Positions 49,391-59,910 are shown, counted from the first letter of the stretch. The stretch: DNA of 64,000 bases from Candidatus Latescibacterota bacterium (GCA_965208835.1 OZ242358.1:672001-736000); one strand, 5' to 3'. Notes: generated from the letters alone by a model not told the origin. Numbers and translations: made by a program.

Positions 49391-49467
49391 GCGATGAGCA
49401 CGCCCGTCCACACATGTGAATTCACCCTCTGTGGTATCAAAGTCTTACACGGAGAAAGGATTGCGAT

Positions 49468-52400
49468 ATGATCTTCCGCAAACCTGTTCACCAGACGGAT
49501 CTCGCTGCCGGCGTCTGTATTTCGGCGCCCGATTCCGAGCCGTATCAGGCAGCGGCGAAGCGTCTTCAATCCGCCCTGAAGGATGTGCTTTCGGACGGCG
49601 CGGAGATCCTGCCCGACGTGCGTCTCGACGCGGGCGGACGCCACGTGATCGCGCTGGGTAACATGATGGACAGCGCGTTTGTGAGGACGATGTACTTCCG
49701 CGCATACGATCTGACGGACCGGATCTGGCCCGGCCCCGACGGCTGGGTAATCCGCACGGCACCGGATTCTCTGGAAGACGCGGGGCACGTGATCGTTGTG
49801 GGCGTAAGCCAGGCGGATGACGTCGCAGATGCGGCAGGAGCGCTTTCCCGTACGATCCGGGCGTCGGGTGCGGAACTTCCATTTCAGTACCACGTGAATC
49901 TGGGGAGATGGGCCGACCTGTACCTGAAGCCTGCACAGGAGCGGCTGAACCAGGGCGACGAGGCTTTGGAGCGGGAGTTTACGAGCGGACCGGGGGACTG
50001 GACCTACATGTGGGCCATTTCCGAAATCGGGATGCTGGCGGTGCAGACCGGCCTGGAGGAACTCATCCCGATGTTCTGCCGGCAGGTCCGCAACTTCGCG
50101 CGCACGCGGTGGTTCGAACGCCACCTGCCCGATCCGCCGCAGATTCACGGGTTCCTGAGGACCATGCTGCTGCCGTTCACCGTTCTCGAGAATCATCCGG
50201 GCCTTCCCGGAGACCAGCGGGAGGAGACGCTTGAAGCATTCCTGGGGCTGTACCGGTCCACGGAAGGCGCCGGTAATGCCGGATTCCTCAACCACGTGGG
50301 TGTGGACCGGGTGCGGCAGAACCATCAGACCATGTCCGGTCTCGATCTGTTTTATGGTGGCCGGTATTTCCACCAGGTGCACGGGTTGGCTGAAGGGCGG
50401 GCATGGATGAAACTGGCGGAGGTGTTCTTCGCGCCGCAGATGACGTCGAACAAGCCCGTGTGCGATTCGTGGGGGCATCAGTGGTCGTTTTCGCTCTTCA
50501 ATACCGCCGACTATGCATTGGCTTCCGGTAAGACGGATTACTTTACCAGCAAACCCTATCTGGAGGGCGTGGACCGGGCGCTGGTCGCACACAGCAATCT
50601 CGAAGGCGGGCCGCAACAGTACATGTTGATGGCCGCGGCGGTGACGGGAAACGACGAATACCTGCAGCTTTGCGGAACGTCGGACGAGGGCGGCCTGGCC
50701 GGGAAGGCTGTTCGTACGAACGTGGAGCCGTTCCGGACCTGGGTGACAGGACGAGGCGCCGCCACGCCGGAGCGGATGGGCCGTGTGGGCGTGGCTCCGC
50801 TTTCAAGGTTGTTCTACGATTCTCTGGAGGACATCGGTGGATTCGCGCCGGCGGGTGTTTACCTGCGTGACGTGCCTTTCGAACAGACGTTCGACAAGGT
50901 CTACTTCCGTTCCGGATGGACGGATGACGACGACTATCTGCTTCTTTGCGGTATCTCGGGAGGCTCCCATTCGTATCAGGACGGAAACTGTATCGTCCGG
51001 TACACCGGACGCGGAAAGAACTGGTTCGGGGGTCGCGTGGGTCCGGCATCGATCCGGGACCACAACGGGGTGAGCGTCGCGGTTGACGGCGCGGGGCCCG
51101 GCTGTGAGTCCCGGTATGCGGCCCTGCGATACGTCTCGGAGGGAGACCGACTCTCCGCCGCGGGGACGTCGATGGGGTATCCCGGCCAGGCGGACTGGAA
51201 TCGCCATATCGTGAACAGCCGGGACGGTTGGTTTCTGGTCATCGACGAAGTCCGGGCGAAGGCCGAAGGCGAGTACCTGATCGAGTGTCGCTGGCACGTG
51301 TATGGGGACGTGGAATCCTCCAACGGGGTGCTTCGAGCAATCCAGGAAGATGCCCGGCTGGAGATGCGGCATTCGGGTAGCGGCGCCCGGGAACTTGCAC
51401 CGGTGACATCGGCTCTGGCAGAAGGTGGAACGCGGTGGGTGCAGCGCTCGCTGAAGTCCCTCAAGCCCGATGAAGGGGTGAGATTCGCCACGCTGTTCTG
51501 GAGCGACGAAGGGACGCGGCAAAGGACGTTTGCGATGTCTGCCGAAGCGTCCGGCTATCGGGTTGAAGGCGAGGGGACGGTCGCCACGGTCTCCCTTTCA
51601 GCCGGGTGCGACGAAGTCAGGATCGGCGAAGACGCGGCGGTCCTTCCCACGTGGGGCGCCGCCCTGGACGGCTCCGATGCGGGACCGTTCGTCGCCGAGA
51701 AAGGTGGAGCGAAGCCGGCCTGGCGAGGATCGTGCGGCGCACCGGTTACGGCGATGGACGCGTGGGACGGGGGCTGCTTCGCGGGCGACGATGACGGCGG
51801 CGTTACGGCGTTCGACCGAAACGGTGAAAGGCGATGGACCCATCGTCTGTCAGGACGCGTACGAACGGTTCTCGCCCTTGCCGACGGCGGGGTGGTCGCC
51901 GGCGGGGATGGCGAAGCCGTGCGCCGGCTGGACGCATCGGGACAGGAGGTGCGGACGCATCAACTCGAGTGGCAGCCGATGAACTGGGACTACTGGACGT
52001 GGCTGAACTGCAAAGTCCTGAGCCTGGCGTCCGGAGATATCGACGGCGACGGCAGAGACGAGATCCTGGCCGGCTGCGCCGACCGTCACGTTTACGCGTT
52101 CGATGAGGGCGGCGCGCTGTTGTGGCGTTCCGCCTGCCAGTGGGGTCCGCCTACCTGCCTCGCGGTGGCGCGGCTGCGTGACGGGGACGGCCTTCACGTG
52201 CTCGTGGGGATGGCGGACCCGTCGATTCACGGGTGCGTCCGTGTGTTCGATGCCAGGGGCGCGTGCGTGAAGACGCTCTCGCGGCCCGATATCATGAGCT
52301 GGTCAATCCCCTCGTGGTCGAAGTGTCTTAGCGCGGCGGACCTGAACGGAGATGGCGTCGACGAAGTGCTCAGCGGCGTCGATACGAATCACAGACAGTT

Positions 52401-52760
52401 GATCGTCTATGGCGGGGACGGCACGTGTTGTGGGATGCGGACGCGGGCGGCGCCGTGCTGTCAGTGGCCTATGCTGAAGGGCGCATATTCGCGGGCGCCT
52501 CGAACGGTTACGTACAGTGTTTCGAAACAGGTGGCGATAGGCTGTGGCATGGTTTTCTGGCAGCGCCGGTGTTCGGCCTGTCGCCGGGAGAGGGAGGCGG
52601 TTGCCTGGTGGCGCTTGGAGATGGAAGGACGGTGGGCCTGGACGGCAGCGGCGAGATTGGCTGGTCGAGTGGTGGGAATGCGATAACCGCGGCGGCTGCG
52701 CGTCCGGAGGGCGGGATACTTGTAGGCAGGTTGGACGGAACGGTGGAGTGTTTCGCGTAG
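49468..52760 (+). pseudogene. Large lyase-like protein, paralogue 6, with a 1-bp frameshift near 52423-52425
   Basis: Similarity to paralogue 5 holds to ...HRQLIVYGGDG, then continues in ORF 52425..52760 (VLWDADAGGAV...DGTVECFA). Confidence 0.7.
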
Positions 52761-52791
52761 GGTGAGATCGAACAAGGGGGAGGTAACGGCA

Positions 52792-55700
52792 ATGCAAATC
52801 GAACGTCCGCGTCCGCTGGAACCGGAAACGCCTCTTCGCGGGCCGAATGGCGTCCTGGTGGCGGCGCCCCGGTCCGGACATGGCCGGACGGCGGCCCGGC
52901 GCATCCACCGGGCGTTGCGGGATATTAACGCTCACGCCGAGCTTCTGGAGGACCCGCCCGGCGACGCGCTGACGGCGGCTGACCGCCCGGTGATCGTGGT
53001 CGGCAACCTGGCGGACAGCCGGTGCGTGCGCGAACTCTACTTCCGGTTCCTTTGCGCGACGGACCTGTGGTATCCGGGCCCGGGGGGATTCGAACTTCGG
53101 ACGCTCTGCGACCCTTTCGGAACCGGCTGCAACCTCATCCACGCGGGGTACAGCGACGCCGCGGGCGCCGCGTCGGTCACGGACGCGTTTAGTTCGCGCC
53201 TGGACGATCCGATTCCCCATTCTGCGGTGCTGGACGTCACGCGGCTGCCGCTGTCGTCACGCGAAGCGGCGCAAGTCCGGGCGGAGCCGCTTCTTCCTGC
53301 CGCGTGGCAAATCGCGAATACGATGCAGGGAGACCTGAAGGGATATCTCTACTATCTGACGGGAGACCCCGAACTCGGAGAGGAATACCGCCGGGCGTGG
53401 GAAGCGGTTGTCGAAAGCGGATACGTGAAGTCGGAGAAAATCGTCCAGGCACACCTCTACAGCCTCAGCCGCCTGCAGCCCTGGCGGCTGGTTGAGCACA
53501 TGGACCTCTTCAGCGAGGAGGAACGGCTTGCCATCACCCGGTTCATCTACGGCTGGGCCGAAAGCGCCGAAGGATGGCATCATGTAGGGCGCTGTCCCCG
53601 GGTGGTGAGCATGCACGTCCCCAGGCAGAACCACGAACTCATCCCGGCCCTGGCGTTGGCCTGTGCGGCCGCCTATTTCCGGACGCATTTCCCCGAACTG
53701 ACCGGTCCGGAGCAGTGGGAGGAGGTCGCCCGGCGGGCATACGCGCCGTACGGGCCGTCCTGGAAGCCGTTGTGCGACGGTCTCTGCCACGGCTGGTGGA
53801 TGTCGCAACCGGTGATGGTGGAATACGGGCTCAACGACCCCTCGCACGGGTACTTCGAGCAGGGAGGCGCCAGACAGGCCGCGGATGCGGCGTTGGCCGT
53901 GGTGAACAACGAGGGATGGCTTCCTTCGGCCGGAGACAGCGATCTGAACCGCCAGTTTCCCGGGCCCAGCCTGCGGACGGCAGCAGCCTATTTCGACGAC
54001 GGGCGGTACCGGTTCGTCCACGACCTCGCGCCGCCCGAACGCCGCCTGGTGAACCTGACGTCGCTGCCGCGAGCGTTCGACGCGGGTACGGCTCCGAAAG
54101 TGCCGGACGATCGGGTGGGGGTGACTGTCGTTCCGGTGGACCCGCTCCTTTATCACGCGTGGGAACGGGACCCCCAGGGCGCGCCGGGCGTTGTGACCAC
54201 GCCCCCGTCGGTCCCGATCGAACGGTGTTTCGACAAGCTCTCGGTGCGTACGGGATGGGAGCTCGATGACGACTTTCTCCTGATCGACGGTCTGGGCGGA
54301 GGAAGCCATTCGTACGACGACGCGGGCGGCATTCTGGACTACGCGCGTCTGGGTCTCTCGCTGATCGTTCAGGAGGACAGCTTCGTCCACTCCGCGCCCG
54401 AGCACATGTCGGCCGTCACGGTCGTCCGGGACGGGGAGTCCGGCGAGATACCGGGATTCGCGATATTGGAGGCGAACGAGACGGATCCAGACGGAAAAGT
54501 GTACCTGCGGATCCGGTTGAAGGACTACGCGGGCGCGGACTGGGTGCGCGAGGTCCACCTGCTTCCGGCGAGCTGCGTGGTATTCAACGATACCGTCATC
54601 GCGAACCAGGCGGGGGACTATGCCGTCGAGGCCCGTTTCCGATCCCCCGCCCGGCTGGACCTGGACGGCTGCGAGGCGCGTTGCGAGAGGCGCAGCCCGT
54701 CCGCCGGCGACGTGACGTTTCGGATCGAGAACCCTTGTGCGGCCGTTTCGGCGGCGGTCGTTGAAGAGCCCGTCCATCTGCGTTACAAGGATCCCCGGGA
54801 TCAGGAACTGTGGAAGGAGCGCTACCATACGGACGACGTCGTATTATCGACGTTTGTGGCGCGCCGCGCCGTACGACTGGAACCCGGCGAGGGCGTTCGC
54901 CTGACACACGTCGCGCAGGTGTGCGGGCCGGGAGAATCCGCGGTAAACCTTCGCGAGTGGGGCGACGACATCAGCTTTATACAGGGCGAAACATCGCGGC
55001 GTCTCGACGTGCTCCCTGTGCGACCGCCCGCACCGAGGCAATTCTCCGTTGAAGGCCGTCCCGGGGGGGCGGATGCCAACCGCGCGTTTGACGCCGGCGA
55101 ACGAATCCGCGCGATGCGCCCGCTTGGCGATGAATCTCTGGTTGTGGGCTCCGAGAGCGGCGCGGTATCATTCCTCGATCCGGATCGGCGGCCGGTCTGG
55201 TCCGTGGATCTGGACGGTCCCGTGTACGATATCGGCGCGGCGGAGGGCGAGGCGACGGTCCTGGCGGTTGGTCACGGCGCGAGCGGGCTGACCGGCCTGG
55301 ACATCCGGGGACGTTGGATCTGGCAGACGGACATCGAGCGGGAACCCTGTCCGTGGCCCTGGTGGGAACTGCCAACACCGGCCCCCGTACAGGTGGAAGG
55401 CGGGATGTTCAAGGGGGAAGCCTTCTTTGCCGTTGGCTGCGGCGACATCCAGATCCGGGGTTTCGACGGTGCGGGGCAGGAAAGTTGGCGCCAGCGTTAT
55501 AACGAGGGGGTGCCCGGCCGTATACGGATGGCCGACGTGAACGGGTGTGGCGAACCGGAAATCGTGGTCGGGGGCGAGGTGCTCAGCGATACGTCGAAAT
55601 GCCGCATTCTGGACCCGCGCGGGGATTTTCAGGCTCACCTGGACGTGGAGGGCTGGACCAGCATCCTGACGGCGCTTGCATTTGACGAAACCGGCGGCCG

Positions 55701-56115
55701 GCATTTCCTGGGCTGCGGCGCGAACCGCGGCCGTAACATGCACGTGTTCGAACTGGATGCGGGCGGGGAATGGGAAAGGCGCTGGGTGAAGCGGCTGGGC
55801 GGGCGGGTCACCGGCATCCGGTTCCTCGGGTCCGACCAAAACGTGATCACGGGTACGAGCCAGGGATTCCTGCTCTGTTACGACCTGGACGGGAACCGAA
55901 TCTGGCGCCGGCTTTTCGAAAAGGGCATCCGCCACCTGGCGCCGTTTGGAGACGAAACGCTTGTGATCGACGATCAGGGACAGCTCAGCGCGGTCACCGC
56001 ACCCGGAGACGTCCGGACGCTGAGCCGGTTGCCGGGACCATGCGCGATCGCGGAACCCTCCGGTACTGCAACCCTGATGGCATGCGGCAGCGAAGTGTGG
56101 CGAGTTGAACCGTAG
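52792..56115 (+). CDS. Large lyase-like protein, paralogue 7
   Basis: ATG at 52792 after GGAGGT. Motifs DLWYPGPGGFELRTLCDPFGTG.N, FSEEERLAIT, PRQNHEL, FDKLS.R.GW..DDDFLLIDG.GGGSHSYDD, and a propeller C-terminus. Confidence 0.75.
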   Translation: MQIERPRPLEPETPLRGPNGVLVAAPRSGHGRTAARRIHRALRDINAHAELLEDPPGDALTAADRPVIVVGNLADSRCVRELYFRFLCATDLWYPGPGGFELRTLCDPFGTGCNLIHAGYSDAAGAASVTDAFSSRLDDPIPHSAVLDVTRLPLSSREAAQVRAEPLLPAAWQIANTMQGDLKGYLYYLTGDPELGEEYRRAWEAVVESGYVKSEKIVQAHLYSLSRLQPWRLVEHMDLFSEEERLAITRFIYGWAESAEGWHHVGRCPRVVSMHVPRQNHELIPALALACAAAYFRTHFPELTGPEQWEEVARRAYAPYGPSWKPLCDGLCHGWWMSQPVMVEYGLNDPSHGYFEQGGARQAADAALAVVNNEGWLPSAGDSDLNRQFPGPSLRTAAAYFDDGRYRFVHDLAPPERRLVNLTSLPRAFDAGTAPKVPDDRVGVTVVPVDPLLYHAWERDPQGAPGVVTTPPSVPIERCFDKLSVRTGWELDDDFLLIDGLGGGSHSYDDAGGILDYARLGLSLIVQEDSFVHSAPEHMSAVTVVRDGESGEIPGFAILEANETDPDGKVYLRIRLKDYAGADWVREVHLLPASCVVFNDTVIANQAGDYAVEARFRSPARLDLDGCEARCERRSPSAGDVTFRIENPCAAVSAAVVEEPVHLRYKDPRDQELWKERYHTDDVVLSTFVARRAVRLEPGEGVRLTHVAQVCGPGESAVNLREWGDDISFIQGETSRRLDVLPVRPPAPRQFSVEGRPGGADANRAFDAGERIRAMRPLGDESLVVGSESGAVSFLDPDRRPVWSVDLDGPVYDIGAAEGEATVLAVGHGASGLTGLDIRGRWIWQTDIEREPCPWPWWELPTPAPVQVEGGMFKGEAFFAVGCGDIQIRGFDGAGQESWRQRYNEGVPGRIRMADVNGCGEPEIVVGGEVLSDTSKCRILDPRGDFQAHLDVEGWTSILTALAFDETGGRHFLGCGANRGRNMHVFELDAGGEWERRWVKRLGGRVTGIRFLGSDQNVITGTSQGFLLCYDLDGNRIWRRLFEKGIRHLAPFGDETLVIDDQGQLSAVTAPGDVRTLSRLPGPCAIAEPSGTATLMACGSEVWRVEP

Positions 56116-56460
56116 GATCGGGCAAAACCATGTAGTCGCTCCCGGGAAAGCCAACCACACCGGTCCCAGGTCGGTTTCTGTCATGGACAGGTGTGATCTC
56201 AAAACGAACACCAAAACAGTTGTCATGCCCCGTATGGGGCACCCAAAGTGATGAAAATCGTTGCATTGTCAGGCTGACGTGCAACATTTCGGTTTTTGGC
56301 CTCTTGTGGCAATTGATCTCAGCCACGGATTTCGTATTTGGTTTTCAGTTTTCAGTCGCTTCGTCTTTTCGTTTTCTGGTTTATTCGCGTTCATTCGCGT
56401 TATTCGTAGTTTGGTATTTGGTCGTTTCGTCTTGCGTCTTTTCGCCGTTTCGTTTTTCGT

Positions 56461-56548
56461 AATCTCGTAATCTCGTAATCTCGTAATCTCGTAATCTCGT
56501 AATCTCGTAATCTCGTAATCTCGTAGTCTCGTAGTCTCGTAGTCTCGT
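56461..56548 (+). repeat. Octamer tandem array (AATCTCGT)8(AGTCTCGT)3
   Basis: Counted directly. Preceded by degenerate TTCGT/TTCGCG-rich repeats from ~56330. Confidence 0.95.
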
Positions 56549-56607
56549 TTCTTCGCAGTTTATCGTGTTATTTTCCAAGCAGCATCCGCAAAGACACGGA
56601 GGAGCCC

Positions 56608-57492
56608 ATGGACGACTATGAGCGATATCATTTCGACGTGAACGGATTCATTGTTGTCGAGAATATCCTGACAGCCGACGAAGTGGCGGCTCTGAACGAG
56701 GCGATCGACAACAACCCGGACCAGGTCCACATCCGGAAGGACGAGCTGCGGTTGTCCGGCGCCGCCAAACAGCATGGGGGAAAGGCCGCGCCCCTGTTGA
56801 AGGGTTCCCACGGTCGGGGAGATATCTTGAATATCCTGAACTGGCCCAAACCCTGGTGCCAGCCCTTCCGTGACCTGTTGACCCAGCCGCGGACAATGCG
56901 CTACATGCTGGAACTGATCGGCGACGGATTCCGCTACGGAAACGCAAACGGAATCAGCATGACGGCGGGCGCGGAGGGGTTCCTGTTTCACGGTGGAGGT
57001 ACGCCGAGGGGTCCGTATTATTCCGAGTTCCAGGACGGACGGATGTGGAACGGGCTGATGACGGTCTGCTATCAGCTTGCGGATGTCAACCCGGGGGACG
57101 GCGGATTCGCCTGCATTCCGGGCAGCCACCGGGCGAACTATCCCTGCCCGAAAGGTGTTCGGCGGCTGGATGTCCACCCGGAGTGGTTCAGGCATCTCCC
57201 GATGAAGGCAGGCTCGGCGTTGATCTTCACCGAGGCGCTCACCCACGGTACGCTTCCCTGGACGGCGTCGCACGAACGGAGAACCCTGCTCTACAGGTAC
57301 GGCGCGGGAGATATGGTGTTCGGGTCAGGGCCGGCTATCCACCCGGACGGATACGAGTCGTTCAAGGATGAATTGACGCCGTTGCAGCGCGCGTTGATGG
57401 AACCCCCCTATGCCAGCAGGCGGCCCAGCCTCGTGCCGCTGATCGACGAAGAGGAAGCATGCCAGGCGCGTGCGTCCGGAGGTCACGCCTGA
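56608..57492 (+). CDS. PhyH family Fe(II)/2OG enzyme with HGG in place of HxD
   Basis: GGAGGAG RBS. YHFDVNGF, LFHGGG, L.DVNPGDGGF..IPGSH, FTEALTHGT.PW....ERR.LLYRY. Confidence 0.88.
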   Translation: MDDYERYHFDVNGFIVVENILTADEVAALNEAIDNNPDQVHIRKDELRLSGAAKQHGGKAAPLLKGSHGRGDILNILNWPKPWCQPFRDLLTQPRTMRYMLELIGDGFRYGNANGISMTAGAEGFLFHGGGTPRGPYYSEFQDGRMWNGLMTVCYQLADVNPGDGGFACIPGSHRANYPCPKGVRRLDVHPEWFRHLPMKAGSALIFTEALTHGTLPWTASHERRTLLYRYGAGDMVFGSGPAIHPDGYESFKDELTPLQRALMEPPYASRRPSLVPLIDEEEACQARASGGHA

Positions 57493-57523
57493 GTCGCGCC
57501 GCGGAAATCGTCTGGAGAAGGAA

Positions 57524-59878
57524 ATGCTGCTTGCGTCCGAAACAGCCCTCGTGTCCATGGATCTGGTCGTTTTAACAGTGACCCTCGCCGTACCCTGCCT
57601 GGGCGCAGTGTTCTACCTCTTGCCGGATGGCGACGACTCGGGCTCGGGTGGGCGCGGGTCTCCCTGGCAAAGTATCGATCGCGCGAATGCCGGCGCGAGG
57701 CCGGGTGACAGCGTTGTCTTTCTGCCGGGGGTCTACCAGGGCACGATCGCGCCGGAGTCCTCCGGAACACCGGATGCGCCCATCCGATTCCGGTCGGAGG
57801 CGAGGCACGCGGCGGTGCTTGCAGGTGGCGGAGAGAGTCGGTTGGCCGTGGACCTTCAGCGGAAGCGGGACATCAGCATTGAAGACTTTCGATTTGCGCC
57901 GGGCGATGGGCGGTGGATGCGTGCCGATGAATGCCGCCGCCTTTCCGTAACGGGTTGCTATATGGAGAAAGCCGGCGACGCAACCCCGTTCGTGCTGACC
58001 GGGTGCACGCACGTGCGCCTTCTCGACAACGTATTCCGGAAGGACCGCGTCGGCGGCAATATGTGCCAGGTCGTCGAGTGCACGTACGTGCTGATCGAGG
58101 GAAACGCGTTCGCGCGGGTCGGGCACTGCCCGCTGCAGATTTCAATGACGAATAATCTGGTGGTACGGTCGAATTGCTTTCACAACCCGTGGGGGCGCAA
58201 CTATGAATTCTGGGCGTCGGGAAGGGCCCTGGTGGAAGGGAATATCGTTACCGAGGCACTCGACAGCGCGCATTCGGCCGACAGCCGGGCGAAAAACCTG
58301 GTGATCGACGGTATCATCCGCTTCAACCGGGTCTACGGAAACCGGCATACGCCGCTCAACTCATCGAGTTACGTGCCAGTCAACTACCACGTGCGCGATC
58401 CGTTCCGCTTCGTCAATTCCAGGGTGTACCACAATACGATCGCGGACAATCTCGGGTACGGGTGGGAACTTACCGGGATCAACGTAAGCTCGAATGTGTT
58501 TGTAAACAATATCTTCTTCCGGAATGACAAGTACGGGGGCGGCGTCCAGATAGTGAGGGGCGCGGACATAGCAGGCGACAACCTGTTTCTGAACAACGTG
58601 TTCCGCGGCACGGAGGCCGGTCGGCGCGTGGTGCGGTACGGAGACCGGTTCCTGACGGTGGATGAAGCCAACCGGAACTCGGTGGTCCGGGGACACTGGC
58701 GGGAATTTGAGGATAATCTCGACGTGGACCCGGGCTTCACGGATCCGGCAAACCGCGATTTTCGCCTGCGACCGGACAGTCCGTGCATCGATGCGGGACG
58801 GGCGCTGACGCGGACGAGACGTGCCGGGCGGGGTCTAGAGGTCCCCGTCGACGACGGCAGATACTTCTACGACGGGTTCGACATCGAAGGTGAGAAGGGA
58901 GACCGGGTATCCATAGGGTCGGGAGACCGGATTGCCCGAATCGAGAAAGTCCAGCTCAACTATTACCAGCCCGACGTGCTCGTTCTGGACAGGGAGATGG
59001 AGTGGGAGGCCGGTGATCCGGTAAGCCTGCCCTGGTCGGGAGCGGCGCCGGATATCGGCGCCTGCCAGCGTGGACCGGGGAGTCCAGGGAGCATGATCGC
59101 GAAGGTCGAGCCGGTAAGGGCAAGACCCGGGGATGAAGTCAGGTTTCACGTCGAGCCGGCGGGAAAGGACATCGCTTCTGTCCGGTGGGACTTTGGCGAC
59201 GGCGTCACGATGGAGGCGGGCGACGCCGTTCACGTGTATTCGGAGCCCGGTCATTATCCGTCTCGTGTCAGGCTGGAGTACGCGGATGGCGATGCGGAGG
59301 TAGACGTGGCGTTTGTTAAAGTGGAACTGCCGGTTGATCGGGCCGCGCCGATGCTCGCGGTCGATTTCGAAGAAGAGACGACGCTGGATTGGGGCTACCT
59401 GTTCAAGATCTACCGGGGAAACCGGCTGACAGGACACGAATTTGTTACCGGTGGTTTCGGGGGAAGCAGGTGCGTTCGGCTTTTCGCAGAGACCGACGGA
59501 TCCGATCTGGGCTGCAGTCTCGCTCCCGGGGAATGGGATATCGACGCCTATCCGCTCATCCGGTTTGCCTATCGGATACCCGAGGGGGTTCCGGTGGGGC
59601 TGTGGCTCCAACCGTTTCCGGCGGAAGCCTACGGGGAAGGGGTTGTGATTGCGGGAGGTACGTCGTCGCGCGATTGCGGTCCATACCCGGACACGGACAC
59701 ATGCGCGTTACTGGATGACGGCCAATGGCACGTTGCGGAACTGGATGCGCGGACGATTCGCGAACGCATCGAGGAAGTCCGTCATTTGCGGCGCTTCCGG
59801 TTCTATACGCACGGGAACGCAAGAGAAGGACAGCACTTCTGGTTCGACGAGTTCGCGATTCTGCCAGCTGAAGGATGA
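57524..59878 (+). CDS. Right-handed beta-helix protein with PKD domain (putative exported lyase or hydrolase)
   Basis: Hydrophobic N-terminus, Y..PDGDD...G...SPW.SI..A.....PGD.V...PGVY, Asn-ladder repeats, DF.L...SPCIDAG, PKD motif VRWDFGDG. Start uncertain (57470/57524/57557). Confidence 0.75.
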   Translation: MLLASETALVSMDLVVLTVTLAVPCLGAVFYLLPDGDDSGSGGRGSPWQSIDRANAGARPGDSVVFLPGVYQGTIAPESSGTPDAPIRFRSEARHAAVLAGGGESRLAVDLQRKRDISIEDFRFAPGDGRWMRADECRRLSVTGCYMEKAGDATPFVLTGCTHVRLLDNVFRKDRVGGNMCQVVECTYVLIEGNAFARVGHCPLQISMTNNLVVRSNCFHNPWGRNYEFWASGRALVEGNIVTEALDSAHSADSRAKNLVIDGIIRFNRVYGNRHTPLNSSSYVPVNYHVRDPFRFVNSRVYHNTIADNLGYGWELTGINVSSNVFVNNIFFRNDKYGGGVQIVRGADIAGDNLFLNNVFRGTEAGRRVVRYGDRFLTVDEANRNSVVRGHWREFEDNLDVDPGFTDPANRDFRLRPDSPCIDAGRALTRTRRAGRGLEVPVDDGRYFYDGFDIEGEKGDRVSIGSGDRIARIEKVQLNYYQPDVLVLDREMEWEAGDPVSLPWSGAAPDIGACQRGPGSPGSMIAKVEPVRARPGDEVRFHVEPAGKDIASVRWDFGDGVTMEAGDAVHVYSEPGHYPSRVRLEYADGDAEVDVAFVKVELPVDRAAPMLAVDFEEETTLDWGYLFKIYRGNRLTGHEFVTGGFGGSRCVRLFAETDGSDLGCSLAPGEWDIDAYPLIRFAYRIPEGVPVGLWLQPFPAEAYGEGVVIAGGTSSRDCGPYPDTDTCALLDDGQWHVAELDARTIRERIEEVRHLRRFRFYTHGNAREGQHFWFDEFAILPAEG

Positions 59879-59910
59879 GGTCCTGCTGAGAGACACGGAA
59901 AAAGGCGGAT

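Noticed and set aside
46085-52760. Diversity-generating retroelement explanation for the near-identical paralogues
   Set aside because: No reverse transcriptase, and the differences are not adenine-specific. Ordinary duplication explains them.
56461-56548. Possible CRISPR array or repeat peptide (EITRLRDY)n
   Set aside because: Units are 8 bp and contiguous with no spacers, no cas genes are present, and the peptide is just the translated repeat.
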